A stretch of 64,000 bases of DNA from contig JAWLHJ010000002.1 of the NCBI GenBank assembly GCA_041690395.1, positions 228,707 to 292,706 on the forward strand, read 5' to 3'. Positions 52,061 to 62,773 of the stretch are shown here, in pieces. The stretch's first letter is position 1. Each line of letters begins with the position of its first letter. The position numbers and the translations under genes are program-made. Source of the stretch: Longimicrobiales bacterium. Its GTDB lineage: Bacteria; Gemmatimonadota; Gemmatimonadetes; Longimicrobiales; Gaopeijiaceae. The notes under the pieces were generated by a model. The model saw only the letters and a list, made by a program, of their open reading frames with translations. It searched no databases and had not been told where the DNA came from.

Positions 52061-55000
52061 TCAGGGGAAGACGGTCGGCACGATGACGCCCACCACGCCG
52101 GCCTCCTGGAGTCGCTCGTTGAACGCCGCCAGATCGGAGCGTGTGAGCTCGGCCAGCTGGCCCCTCACCGCCGACCAGTCGGCGTTGAGGTCGTCGAACC
52201 GCTCGTGGGCGCTCCGCGTCGGGCGGTTGGCCGTTCCCTGGACGTGTCCGTAGAGGAAGGCGTACTGCTCGTCCAGGCGGTATCCCGCTCCGGGGAGTCC
52301 GTCGGCTTCGGGCGCGTCGCTGGCGATGAGACGGGCCTCCAGGACGGTGAGGCGGCGGATCAGGTCGTCCGCGGTCTCCAACAGCGACGGATCGGCCTCG
52401 GCGATTTCGGCCGCGCGGGCCGTCGCCCGCACCTGATCCCTGATCGACCGCGCCGCCTCCACCACCCGGTACACGCTGCGCACGGTATCGGACAGCTCGA
52501 CGGAGAATCGATGCTGTTCCGCGAGATCCTCGATCGAGAGGTCCTCGCGTCGGGGGTCCTCGAGGAGGTCGAACGTACGTGCCTGCGTGGAGCCGCCGAC
52601 CGTCATCCGGACCTCGTAGACACCCGGGACCACCTTCGGGCCCGTGCTCGAGAACGCACCTCCCTCGGGAACCTCGAGTCCCTCGCCACGGAACGCCCAG
52701 GTGAACCGGTGTGACCCCGCCTGCGTCGGGAGCGCGGCGTCGTGACCGGCGCTGGAGGAGTCGCTGGAGAACGTCCGGATCACCCCGCCGGCCTCGTCCA
52801 CGACCTCGAGGGTGAGTCCGTCGTCCACGTCTTCGGGAAGATGGTAGAAGAAGATCGCGCCCGACGGCGGGGCCTCGTGCCAGCCCCGAGCGTCCGGGTA
52901 GCGGATGTCCACCGCCCACGCGTCTCTCGGAGCGTAGAGGTGCGGTCGATCCGTGGGCACGCTCTCGTCGATCTGCCGCAGCGGGGTCGCGTCGTCCAGG
53001 ATCCAGATGCCCCTCCCCTGGGTCGCCAGCACGAGGTCGCCCCGGTGCGACTTGAGGTCCAGCACCGGCATGCGCGGCAGGTTCAGCTGCAGGGTCTGCC
53101 AGCTGGCGCCCTCGTCGAACGAGACGTAGATGCCACGCTCCGTGCCGGCGTAGAGGAGCCCGCGGCGCTCCGGATCCTCCCGCACCACTCGGGTGGGTGC
53201 GTCTTCCGGAATCCCACGGGTGCCGTCCGCGATGCGCCGCCAGGACGCCCCGTAGTCGTTCGTCAGGAACACGTAGGGGGTTTCATCGCCCATGCGGTAG
53301 GCGTGCGCCGTCACGAACACCCGACCCGGCGCGTGATCGGACGGATGGATCACGTTGACCGTGCTCAGGCGCGGCAGCCCGTCCGGCGTCACGTCCGTCC
53401 ACGTCGCGCCTCCGTCCCGGGTGACGTGCACGAGCCCGTCGTCCGAGCCGGCCCAGAGCACGCTCGGATCGTGGGGAGACGGCTCGAACGCGAAGATCGT
53501 GTTGAACATCTCCGCACCCGTGACGTCGTGGGTGATCGGACCGCCCGGCACGTCCATCGTCTCCGGGCTGTCGGGCCCCAGGGTCAGGTCCGGGCTGACG
53601 ACCTCCCAGCTCTCGCCCTGGTCGGTCGAGCGATGAACGTGCTGCGACGTCGTATAGAGCACGTCGGGATCGTGCGGGGACAGCCGTATGGGCGCGTTCC
53701 ACTGGAAGCGATACCTGACTTCCGAGTTCGGACGCTCACCCTGCCGCTCGGGATAGACCCGGATGCTCCGCACTTCGCCGGTGGTGCGGTTCACCCGCTC
53801 CAGCGTGCCGCTTCCGGAGCCGGCGTAGGTGATGTTCGGATCGCGCGGATCGATCTGGATGTCCCCGCTCTCCCCTCCGCCGACGCCGTGCCAGTACTGG
53901 AAGCGCTCGTACGCGTCGATGTGGGCCCAGGGGACCCAGCTCGGGAGCGTCATCGTGTCGAAGTCCTGGACCGAGCCGTACACCCAGTACGGGAACTGGT
54001 CGTCGACGAAGACCCGGTAGATCTCCGTGAAGCCCTGGAGGACGTACGACGACCAGGTCTCGGTGTCGTTGAGGCTGATCTGCATGCCCCCGTCGTTCAC
54101 CACGGCGATGATCTCGGGGTGCTTCGGGTTGATCCAGAAGCCGTGCTGATCGACGTGCGGCGTGTCGAAGTCCTCGAACGTCACGCCGCCGTCGTTGGAA
54201 CGCCACGCATCGTCGGTGGCGGTGAAGACCGTGTTGCGGTCGGTGGGATGGGCGTGGACGTGCGTGTAGTAGAAGGGGCGCGAACGGATGCCGGACTCGT
54301 TGTTGACGAGCTCCCAGGTCGCGCCGCGGTCGTCGGATCGGTACATCCCGCCACGGTCGCCTTCGGCCTCCACCATGGCCCAGACCCGGCTCGGGTCGGC
54401 GGGCGAGACGTCCACGCCGACCTTCCCGAGCAGACCTCCGGGAAAGCCGCCGCCTTCCACCCTCCGCCAGCTGTCGCCGCCGTCCGTGGTCTTGAAGAGA
54501 CCACCCTCCGTGGATCCGCTGATGAGGGTCCAGGGTTTGCGCTCGGCACGCCAGGTTCCGACATAGATCTCACGCGGATTGGACGGGTTCATGGAGAGAT
54601 CCACGGCTCCCGTGCTGTCGCTCACGAACAGCACGTTCTCCCACGTCCGCCCTCCGTCCCCGGAGCGGTAGACACCTCGTTCCGGGTTGGGTCTGAACGG
54701 ATGGCCGAGCGCGGCCACGTACACGAGGTCCGGGTCGTCGGGGTGCACGACGATGTCACCGATCTGGCCGACGTCCTCGAGCCCGAGCAGGGCCCAGCTC
54801 TCTCCCTCGTCGGTCGAGCGGTAGATGCCGCGCCCTACCGCGACGTTCCCCCGGATGGTGCTCTCGCCCGTGCCGGCGTAGATGACGTTGTGGTCGGAAG
54901 GCGCGATGGCGAGGGCCCCGATCGTCCCGACCGCGAACTGTCCTTCGCCGATGGGACGCCAGGTGTGGCCGGCATCCTCGGTCTTCCAGATCCCGCCGCC

Positions 55001-55237
55001 CGACGAGCCGAGATAGAACGTGAAGGGCTTGTCCGGTATGCCGGCGAAGCTGATGGCGCGGGCGCCCAGGTCGGGGCCGATGTAGCGGTACTCGAGCCCC
55101 TCGTAGAGCGATGGCTCGTACAGGTTGCTCCCCTGCTGCGCCGCGACGGAAGCATGGGCTCCGGGTACCGCCAGGAGGAGGGTCGCCAGCGCCAGCGCGC
55201 CGGCGGCGCGTCGGACGTGCGGCGAGGTGCCCCTCAT
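52061..55237 (-). CDS. Secreted VPS10/BNR-repeat beta-propeller protein (glycosyl-hydrolase-like)
   Basis: Repeated S/T-x-D-x-G-x-T/S-W Asp-boxes, RFQWNAPI, ATQGRGIWILDD; signal peptide; ATGA overlap with the creatininase gene. Confidence 0.88.
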   Translation of the reverse strand: MRGTSPHVRRAAGALALATLLLAVPGAHASVAAQQGSNLYEPSLYEGLEYRYIGPDLGARAISFAGIPDKPFTFYLGSSGGGIWKTEDAGHTWRPIGEGQFAVGTIGALAIAPSDHNVIYAGTGESTIRGNVAVGRGIYRSTDEGESWALLGLEDVGQIGDIVVHPDDPDLVYVAALGHPFRPNPERGVYRSGDGGRTWENVLFVSDSTGAVDLSMNPSNPREIYVGTWRAERKPWTLISGSTEGGLFKTTDGGDSWRRVEGGGFPGGLLGKVGVDVSPADPSRVWAMVEAEGDRGGMYRSDDRGATWELVNNESGIRSRPFYYTHVHAHPTDRNTVFTATDDAWRSNDGGVTFEDFDTPHVDQHGFWINPKHPEIIAVVNDGGMQISLNDTETWSSYVLQGFTEIYRVFVDDQFPYWVYGSVQDFDTMTLPSWVPWAHIDAYERFQYWHGVGGGESGDIQIDPRDPNITYAGSGSGTLERVNRTTGEVRSIRVYPERQGERPNSEVRYRFQWNAPIRLSPHDPDVLYTTSQHVHRSTDQGESWEVVSPDLTLGPDSPETMDVPGGPITHDVTGAEMFNTIFAFEPSPHDPSVLWAGSDDGLVHVTRDGGATWTDVTPDGLPRLSTVNVIHPSDHAPGRVFVTAHAYRMGDETPYVFLTNDYGASWRRIADGTRGIPEDAPTRVVREDPERRGLLYAGTERGIYVSFDEGASWQTLQLNLPRMPVLDLKSHRGDLVLATQGRGIWILDDATPLRQIDESVPTDRPHLYAPRDAWAVDIRYPDARGWHEAPPSGAIFFYHLPEDVDDGLTLEVVDEAGGVIRTFSSDSSSAGHDAALPTQAGSHRFTWAFRGEGLEVPEGGAFSSTGPKVVPGVYEVRMTVGGSTQARTFDLLEDPRREDLSIEDLAEQHRFSVELSDTVRSVYRVVEAARSIRDQVRATARAAEIAEADPSLLETADDLIRRLTVLEARLIASDAPEADGLPGAGYRLDEQYAFLYGHVQGTANRPTRSAHERFDDLNADWSAVRGQLAELTRSDLAAFNERLQEAGVVGVIVPTVFP

Positions 55238-56133
55238 CGGCCCGACGAGGCCCTCTCGATGGCCTGCCTGATGTGCCCCACCGTGTAGTCCGCGCGGAAG
55301 TCCACGATACGCTCTCCCAGATCGATGATCCGCTGCAACGGTACGAGGCTGACGCCGTTGATGGACGCGAGCCCGGCGTCGACACGCTGGTCCCAGCGGA
55401 TCGTCTCGGGGTCCACGACCGCCATGAAGGCGGTCACCCACATGTCGTCATGATACCCGTCGTTCGTGGTCTCCGCGACACCCAGCACCTCCTCGGTGTA
55501 ACGCTCCGTCTCCTCCCACCCCGGCGAGTAGAACTCCCGGACGAAATGCGCCGTCCGGTCCGAGCCGACCCACCGCTCGTTCAGGGCCTCGGCGGCGGCG
55601 GCCATGCCGGCCTGGTTTCCGCCGGAGTCTCCGATGAAGACGACGTTGGTGAAGCCGTGGGCGCCGAGGCTCCCGCCGATGTCCTCGAGCAGAGCCTGGT
55701 ACGTCTCGTCTCGGACGGTGATCGACCCGGGATAGCGCATGGCGCCGGTCGGCGGATCGATGCTCCCCTCGGGGACGAACGGCACGATGGGCGCGCAGAG
55801 CGCGTTCCCGAGCTTCTCCGCGATGGCGGGACAGAGCGCCTCGAGGATCACGTTGTGCTTGCCGGTGGCCAGGTACGGGCCGTTCTCCTCGATCCCGCCG
55901 GTGGGCACGATCGCCGTCGTATACCCCTCGGCGATCCGGTCCCGCACCTCGATCCACGTGAGCTCCTCGATCCATACCGACGACGACGGCTCGATGGGAT
56001 TCGGCATGGCGAGCTCTTCCTGATAGGCCCGCTCGCGCTCGGCGATCTGCTCGGGGGTGAGCGTCCGCTGCTGGGCGGCCACGGGCGCGGCGACGACCGC
56101 CGCGAGGGAGAGTATCGAAAGGACCGTCTTCAT
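55234..56133 (-). CDS. Secreted creatininase-family protein with atypical motifs
   Basis: IEELTWIEV, IVPTGGIEENGP, PGSITV, IGDSGGN; signal peptide ending VAAQ. Confidence 0.82.
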   Translation of the reverse strand: MKTVLSILSLAAVVAAPVAAQQRTLTPEQIAERERAYQEELAMPNPIEPSSSVWIEELTWIEVRDRIAEGYTTAIVPTGGIEENGPYLATGKHNVILEALCPAIAEKLGNALCAPIVPFVPEGSIDPPTGAMRYPGSITVRDETYQALLEDIGGSLGAHGFTNVVFIGDSGGNQAGMAAAAEALNERWVGSDRTAHFVREFYSPGWEETERYTEEVLGVAETTNDGYHDDMWVTAFMAVVDPETIRWDQRVDAGLASINGVSLVPLQRIIDLGERIVDFRADYTVGHIRQAIERASSGR

Positions 56134-56262
56134 GGTTCCTGCGCTCCGAGCGTGATGTTGGCTGTGGACCCGACGGGTCCGTCGTGGAGGCGAGAAGCGC
56201 CCGGCCGCAGCTTCGCGACCGGGCGCCTCGTCGTGCCTCCGTCCTGTCCTGCGTGAAGCCCG

Positions 56263-56296
56263 CGGAGCCGCGCGCCGAGAACGACGCACGGCTCCG
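56263..56296 (-). terminator. Hairpin downstream of the susD-like gene (terminator or mRNA stabiliser)
   Basis: 15-bp stem on the minus-strand RNA including two G-U pairs, loop TTCT; no U tract. Confidence 0.45.
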
Positions 56297-56308
56297 TCGG
56301 GACTCCGG

Positions 56309-57745
56309 TTACGGCAGCGGTCCGAACGCGGACAGGCCCTCCTCGGCCAGCACGCGGTTCATGTCGTAATCGATCACGACCTCGTCGGTCGAAGCCGCGT
56401 ACGGGTCGCGGGGCGCGAAGTCGTCCATCCCCTGGGGGATGTAGTCGGGGATCACGATCTGCGTCTCCGGATCGCCCGCCGCGATGGCCGCGTTCGTGTC
56501 GGTCTCGCGCTGCATGACGGGAAGGCGGATCCCGAGGTCGTGTACACGCCGTCCCTCGAGGAAGAGGATCTCCTGACGCGCCAGCCAGAAGGCGTGCCGG
56601 ATCTCCAGGGGGTCGACGAGCGCCTCGACGCTGTCCGCGTCGAGCGACGTGCCGCTCACCGTGGGCACGGTCACCGTGCCCGGACGGTCCAGGACCAGGC
56701 CTGCGCGCAGGGGCGCCCCCGGCTCCGCCGCCACCAGGATGTCGGATGTGGTGGGCCGCTGGGAAAGGTCACCGTTCAGGCGATCGTCGTCGTCGTCGAA
56801 CGTCCCCGTCGGACGCGTCTCGGCCAGACGAATGGCGTCGGCCACCTTCTCGGCGGCCAGCGCGTAGTCGCCGTTGAACATGTCGATCTCGGCCAGGATC
56901 AGGTGCATTTCCTCGGCCTTGGAGACCGGAATGGCGGCGCCCCTGGACGTGTACTTCGGATCGAGGAAGTCCAACCGCGGCAGCGGCTGGTACTGCCGCG
57001 TCTCGGTCGAGAACGGGTTCTCGATCTCACCGGCGGCGTAGTTCTGCACCTTCAGGAACTCGGGCGACGCCGCGAGCAAGCCGGCCGCGAACGTCCCGGC
57101 CTCGGTGGCGTTCCCGAGCGCACGGTGGGCACGGGCGAGCGCCCCCTGCAGCGCCAGATCGAGATCCTCCTCCGCGGTGAGCCCGCGCGCCGCCGTGAAG
57201 TCGTCGACGGCGAGCTGCAGGAGCTCGTCCCACGGCGTCGGCTCCGCATCGGGAGCCCGCGGCACGGCGATGAAGTTCTCGCCCTGGAAGAGGTACGCCA
57301 TCCCCCTGTAGTAGCGAGCCTCCGCCAGCTGCTCGTCGGTGGCCAGATCATCGAGCGGCGCGATCGAGTCGATGACGAAATCGCTGAGCGCGCGGAGCTC
57401 CTGCGCGTTCCAGTAGGCGCCGATCGCGCCCGTGGTGTTGTACGAGGCTCCGTCCGGTGTGAACAGGTACGGATCGAGGAGCTCGGGTCCGATGTTGGTG
57501 AACGCCACCTCGGAGTCGTCCGAGAGGAGCGCCGACGTCTGGACCACCGCGCGAACGGTGCGCGCCATCTGGGCCCGGACGCCCGGCAGGAGCGCGGTCG
57601 TGGGCTCCGCGGCGTTGGCCAGGTCCTCGGTCGTCGTGTTGGGGTTCGTCACGTTCGTCGGATCCAGGAAGTCACACCCGGACGCGGCGAGCATCGTGAC
57701 GGCCGCCACGAGGGCGGCACGTCCAAGTCTATGTGTGCGATGCAT
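56309..57745 (-). CDS. SusD/RagB-like outer-membrane lipoprotein
   Basis: Lipobox LAASGC, then LDPTNVTNPN; AEARYYRG, LARAH, HLILAE, LFLEGRRVHD; directly after susC. Confidence 0.82.
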   Translation of the reverse strand: MHRTHRLGRAALVAAVTMLAASGCDFLDPTNVTNPNTTTEDLANAAEPTTALLPGVRAQMARTVRAVVQTSALLSDDSEVAFTNIGPELLDPYLFTPDGASYNTTGAIGAYWNAQELRALSDFVIDSIAPLDDLATDEQLAEARYYRGMAYLFQGENFIAVPRAPDAEPTPWDELLQLAVDDFTAARGLTAEEDLDLALQGALARAHRALGNATEAGTFAAGLLAASPEFLKVQNYAAGEIENPFSTETRQYQPLPRLDFLDPKYTSRGAAIPVSKAEEMHLILAEIDMFNGDYALAAEKVADAIRLAETRPTGTFDDDDDRLNGDLSQRPTTSDILVAAEPGAPLRAGLVLDRPGTVTVPTVSGTSLDADSVEALVDPLEIRHAFWLARQEILFLEGRRVHDLGIRLPVMQRETDTNAAIAAGDPETQIVIPDYIPQGMDDFAPRDPYAASTDEVVIDYDMNRVLAEEGLSAFGPLP

Positions 57746-57777
57746 GGTATATCCTCGTTGCTGGTCTCGGAGTCGCG

Positions 57778-60750
57778 TCAGAACGTGATCTGGAAGCCGA
57801 AGCGGAACTGGTGCGGCGGCGGCAGCACCACGCTCTGCGAGCCTCCGAGCTGGAGGTTGCTGTCGCCGCTCGGCTCGGCGTAACCGGCCAGCTCGGGATC
57901 GAGCAGGTACGGCCGCGAGTCGTCGGGAGCGAAGATGCTCTGCGGGCTCGGGACCCAGGTCCACAGGTTCCGCGCGCCGAACGTCAGCTGCGCGTCGGAG
58001 CCGCCCAGGCGAGCCGCGAACTCCTCCGGCAGCTGGTAGCTGATGCTGACCTCACGGAGCTTGAAGAAGTCACCGTTGACCAGCAGGTAGTTGAAGGCCT
58101 GCGAGTACGAGTACGTCCCGTCCTCGTTCCCCGCGAGATCGTACCGCGTCGGGAACTGGATGCGCGGAAGCCCGTTGAACGTCGACCAGGCCGCCGCGTA
58201 ATCCTGCACGGTGCTGCCACGCGACCAGTCGCCCTGCGCCCGGATGCTGAGACCGAGCCGGGGCAGCGAGACGCTGGATCCGATGCTCCCGTTGCTCGTC
58301 GGGAACGGCGTCATGTGCTCGCCGGTCTCCGGGTGGAGGACGAGGCCTCGCGCCTGGCTGTCCGGCAGACCGTCGCCGTTGGTGTCCACCGGCTGCGAGC
58401 TGTACCGAACGCCGAGGGGAAGCCCCTCCTCGATCCGTCCGAACTCACGGCGCCCGGGGAGCGACCCGAGCTGGAACGGCGGCAAGCCGCCGAGATCCTT
58501 CACCTCGTTGCGGAGCGCGCTCCACGTGAGGCTCATGTCCCAGACCGCGCCGGGGTTCCGGACGAGGTCGACGTTGAGGCTCGCCTCGAGCCCGCGGTTC
58601 TCGATCTCACCGATGTTCCGGAGCTGCGCGCCCTGACCGGTCGACGGCTGCTCGTCGACGCTGAAGATGGCGTCGGTCGTAACGGCCCGGTATGCGGTGA
58701 AGGCGACGGCCACGCGGTTGTCCAGGAACGACGCGTCCAGGCCGGCCTCGACCGTCGTGACCCGTTCGGGCTCGAGATCGGCATTCCCGGGGTTGTCGAA
58801 GCGCGGGGCGCTCTCGCCGAGGAACGGGTCGGCGGTGAAGGTGCGGTCGCGCTGGAACGGCGGCGGGAACTTGCCCGTCACACCGTAGTTGCCGCGCAGA
58901 CGCATGGCCTGGAAGAACTCGGGGGCGATGCCGCCCGACACCATGTCGTAGGAGAGACCCACCTTCGGGTACGCCTGGTACGACACGTTGCTTCCGAACG
59001 CGGTGTTGCCGTCGAAGCGGACACCCGCCTCGAGGAAGAGCTGGTCGGCGAAGCCCGCCTGCTGGAGCAGGAAGAAGCCGCCGTTGTAGACCTCGGTCAT
59101 CCCCTCCGTGGCGGTGACCAGGGCGGCGGCGTCGAACTCCCGCACACCCGGCAGCGCGAGCTCGTCACCGGTGATGTTGGTGGTGCGCGCCTGCTCCCGG
59201 AAGCCCTGGAACCCGAACGACGTGGAGGTGGCGGTGAGGCCGGGGACGTCATAGGTCAGCGTCCCCCGGAAGTCGAGGGTCAGACCGGTGAAGTCCCGCT
59301 GGTTCGTCGCGATCCGGCCCTGCCGGTTCGTGGCGACCATCTCGATCTGCTCGTTGTGCCGCTGCTCGCTGACGCGCTTGTCGACGCCCACCGTGCCGCG
59401 GAGGTCCAGGAACTCCACCGGAGCGTACCCGAGGGTCGTGCTCAGCGTGAAGCGGTCCACGGACTCGTCGACGTCCTGCGCGTGGTAGACGGCGAGGGCG
59501 TCGGCCAGGTTGTCGGTACGCGCGAACGCGAGGAAGTCACCGACCTCCGCATTCGTGAAGGCACCGCTCGTCGTGGTGCCGTTCGGCACGCGCGAGTAGC
59601 CGTGCCGGAGGTACGTACCGCTGAAGTCCGCCGTGAGGTCGTCCGAGAGCTGAGCCGTCAGGCTCGACGTGAGGCTGTACATGGTGGAGCCGGTCTTCAC
59701 CTGCGTACCGCCACCGTCCTGGACGCGGCCGCTGATGTTGTACCCGACCCGGTCCGTGCCGCCCACCGCACTGAGGTAATAGCTCTGCTGGTGGGTGGTC
59801 TGCAGGATGCTGTTCTTCACGAAGTCCGGGTCCCAGCTCGGATGGGCGCGAGCGGTGGCGCAGTCCCCGAGATCCTCCGGGCAGGTGAACTCCATGTCGG
59901 AGATGAACTTCGTCATCGGCGCGTCCCAGCCCTGCTCCACGCGGGCCGTGAACCGGGCCTCGCCCGGACGGCCACGCTTGGTGAAGATCTGGATCACACC
60001 GCTCGCGGCGTCGGCCCCGTAGAGCGTGCTGGCCGCGCCACCCTTCGTGACCTCGATCCGCTCGATGTCGGCCACGGCGAGGTCGGCGAGCGCCGAGGTC
60101 TGCTCACCCCCGAAGTCGCTGCCGATGCCGCGCGCGTTGTCCACCCGCACGCCGTCGATGTAGATGACGGGGGTCTGATCGGCGATGGCGCTCGACGGTC
60201 CGCGGAAGCTCATGAGTCCGGCGGTGCCGGGAGACGCCGACACGGCGTTGATCTGGGCTCCCGGAATCCGCCCCTGCAGGAGCTCGGTGACGTTCGAGGC
60301 CGCCGAGCTCTGGATGTCGTCCTGTCCCACGACCGAAACCTCCGCGGAGAGCTGCCGGCGCTCCGTCGGACGACCGGTCCCGGTCACGACGATCTCTTCC
60401 ATCTCGAGCGCCGAGGACTCCATCTGGAACTCGACCGTCGCCGTGCCTCCGGCGGTGACCGTCACGGTGGACTGAGCCGGCGTGTAACCGATCAGCACGG
60501 CCCGAAGGGTCTGCTGCCCGACCGGCACATTGAGGATCAGGAACCGCCCCTGCTGGTTGGTCAGCCCTCCGAGCCCAGACCCCTCGATGGAGATCTGCGC
60601 CGACGGGAGCGGCTGACCGGTGCTGGCGTCGACGACCTGGCCCTGGACGGTCCCGGCCTGCGCGGACGCGAGCGCCGGCACGAGCAGGAACGCCAGGAGC
60701 GCTAGTGATCCGTAAAGGATCGGGCGTACCTTGGACATTGGATATTTCAT
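57778..60750 (-). CDS. SusC/RagA-type TonB-dependent outer-membrane receptor
   Basis: N-terminal carboxypeptidase-regulatory-like domain, EIVVTGT, LLQGRIPG, PVIYIDGVRV, DIERIEVTKG..ASTLYG..AASGVIQIFTK, NADLEPE, C-terminal F. Confidence 0.93.
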   Translation of the reverse strand: MKYPMSKVRPILYGSLALLAFLLVPALASAQAGTVQGQVVDASTGQPLPSAQISIEGSGLGGLTNQQGRFLILNVPVGQQTLRAVLIGYTPAQSTVTVTAGGTATVEFQMESSALEMEEIVVTGTGRPTERRQLSAEVSVVGQDDIQSSAASNVTELLQGRIPGAQINAVSASPGTAGLMSFRGPSSAIADQTPVIYIDGVRVDNARGIGSDFGGEQTSALADLAVADIERIEVTKGGAASTLYGADAASGVIQIFTKRGRPGEARFTARVEQGWDAPMTKFISDMEFTCPEDLGDCATARAHPSWDPDFVKNSILQTTHQQSYYLSAVGGTDRVGYNISGRVQDGGGTQVKTGSTMYSLTSSLTAQLSDDLTADFSGTYLRHGYSRVPNGTTTSGAFTNAEVGDFLAFARTDNLADALAVYHAQDVDESVDRFTLSTTLGYAPVEFLDLRGTVGVDKRVSEQRHNEQIEMVATNRQGRIATNQRDFTGLTLDFRGTLTYDVPGLTATSTSFGFQGFREQARTTNITGDELALPGVREFDAAALVTATEGMTEVYNGGFFLLQQAGFADQLFLEAGVRFDGNTAFGSNVSYQAYPKVGLSYDMVSGGIAPEFFQAMRLRGNYGVTGKFPPPFQRDRTFTADPFLGESAPRFDNPGNADLEPERVTTVEAGLDASFLDNRVAVAFTAYRAVTTDAIFSVDEQPSTGQGAQLRNIGEIENRGLEASLNVDLVRNPGAVWDMSLTWSALRNEVKDLGGLPPFQLGSLPGRREFGRIEEGLPLGVRYSSQPVDTNGDGLPDSQARGLVLHPETGEHMTPFPTSNGSIGSSVSLPRLGLSIRAQGDWSRGSTVQDYAAAWSTFNGLPRIQFPTRYDLAGNEDGTYSYSQAFNYLLVNGDFFKLREVSISYQLPEEFAARLGGSDAQLTFGARNLWTWVPSPQSIFAPDDSRPYLLDPELAGYAEPSGDSNLQLGGSQSVVLPPPHQFRFGFQITF

Positions 60751-60817
60751 ACCTCATCTCCGGTGAAGGTGTCGGAGCGTGACGTTCGAGTTGCGGGCGC
60801 GACCCGGCCGGAATGCA

Positions 60818-60941
60818 CGCATCGACATACGGTTACACCTGGACCGGGCTTGGGCATGGATATGCATCCCAGGAAGTCGGTCACAAGCGCGCAGGCGGGT
60901 TGCGGAGACATAAACATGCGGTCTCGATGCATGAGGTCAAC
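60818..60941. promoter_or_regulatory. Cluster of ARG-box-like palindromes in the susC/pruA divergent region
   Basis: GGCAT-GGAT-ATGCA (60853-60866), GACAT-AAAC-ATGCG (60907-60920) with TGCAT 21 bp later (60928), CGCAT-CGAC-ATACG (60818-60831). Confidence 0.35.
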
Positions 60942-61030
60942 CATGCAGGGACCGACCGCCCCCTCGTTCGGCTCCGTCTCCCACCCAACCTACGACAATG
61001 CCGCGCCTCACGTGGATCCGCAAGCTTCGA

Positions 61031-61060
61031 TTGACACCGTCCCCCGACCCTGGGTACGGT
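61031..61060 (+). promoter_or_regulatory. Candidate sigma70 promoter for pruA-ocd
   Basis: TTGACA, 18-bp spacer, TACGGT; about 80 bp upstream of ATG 61139. Confidence 0.4.
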
Positions 61061-61138
61061 GCACTCGTCCCTACGACGCGGACCACTCCTCGAGCGTGGC
61101 CGTCGTGGAAACCAGTGAGCTCCAACGAGGCAACGCCG

Positions 61139-62770
<1,632 letters not shown>

Positions 62771-62773
62771 GCC

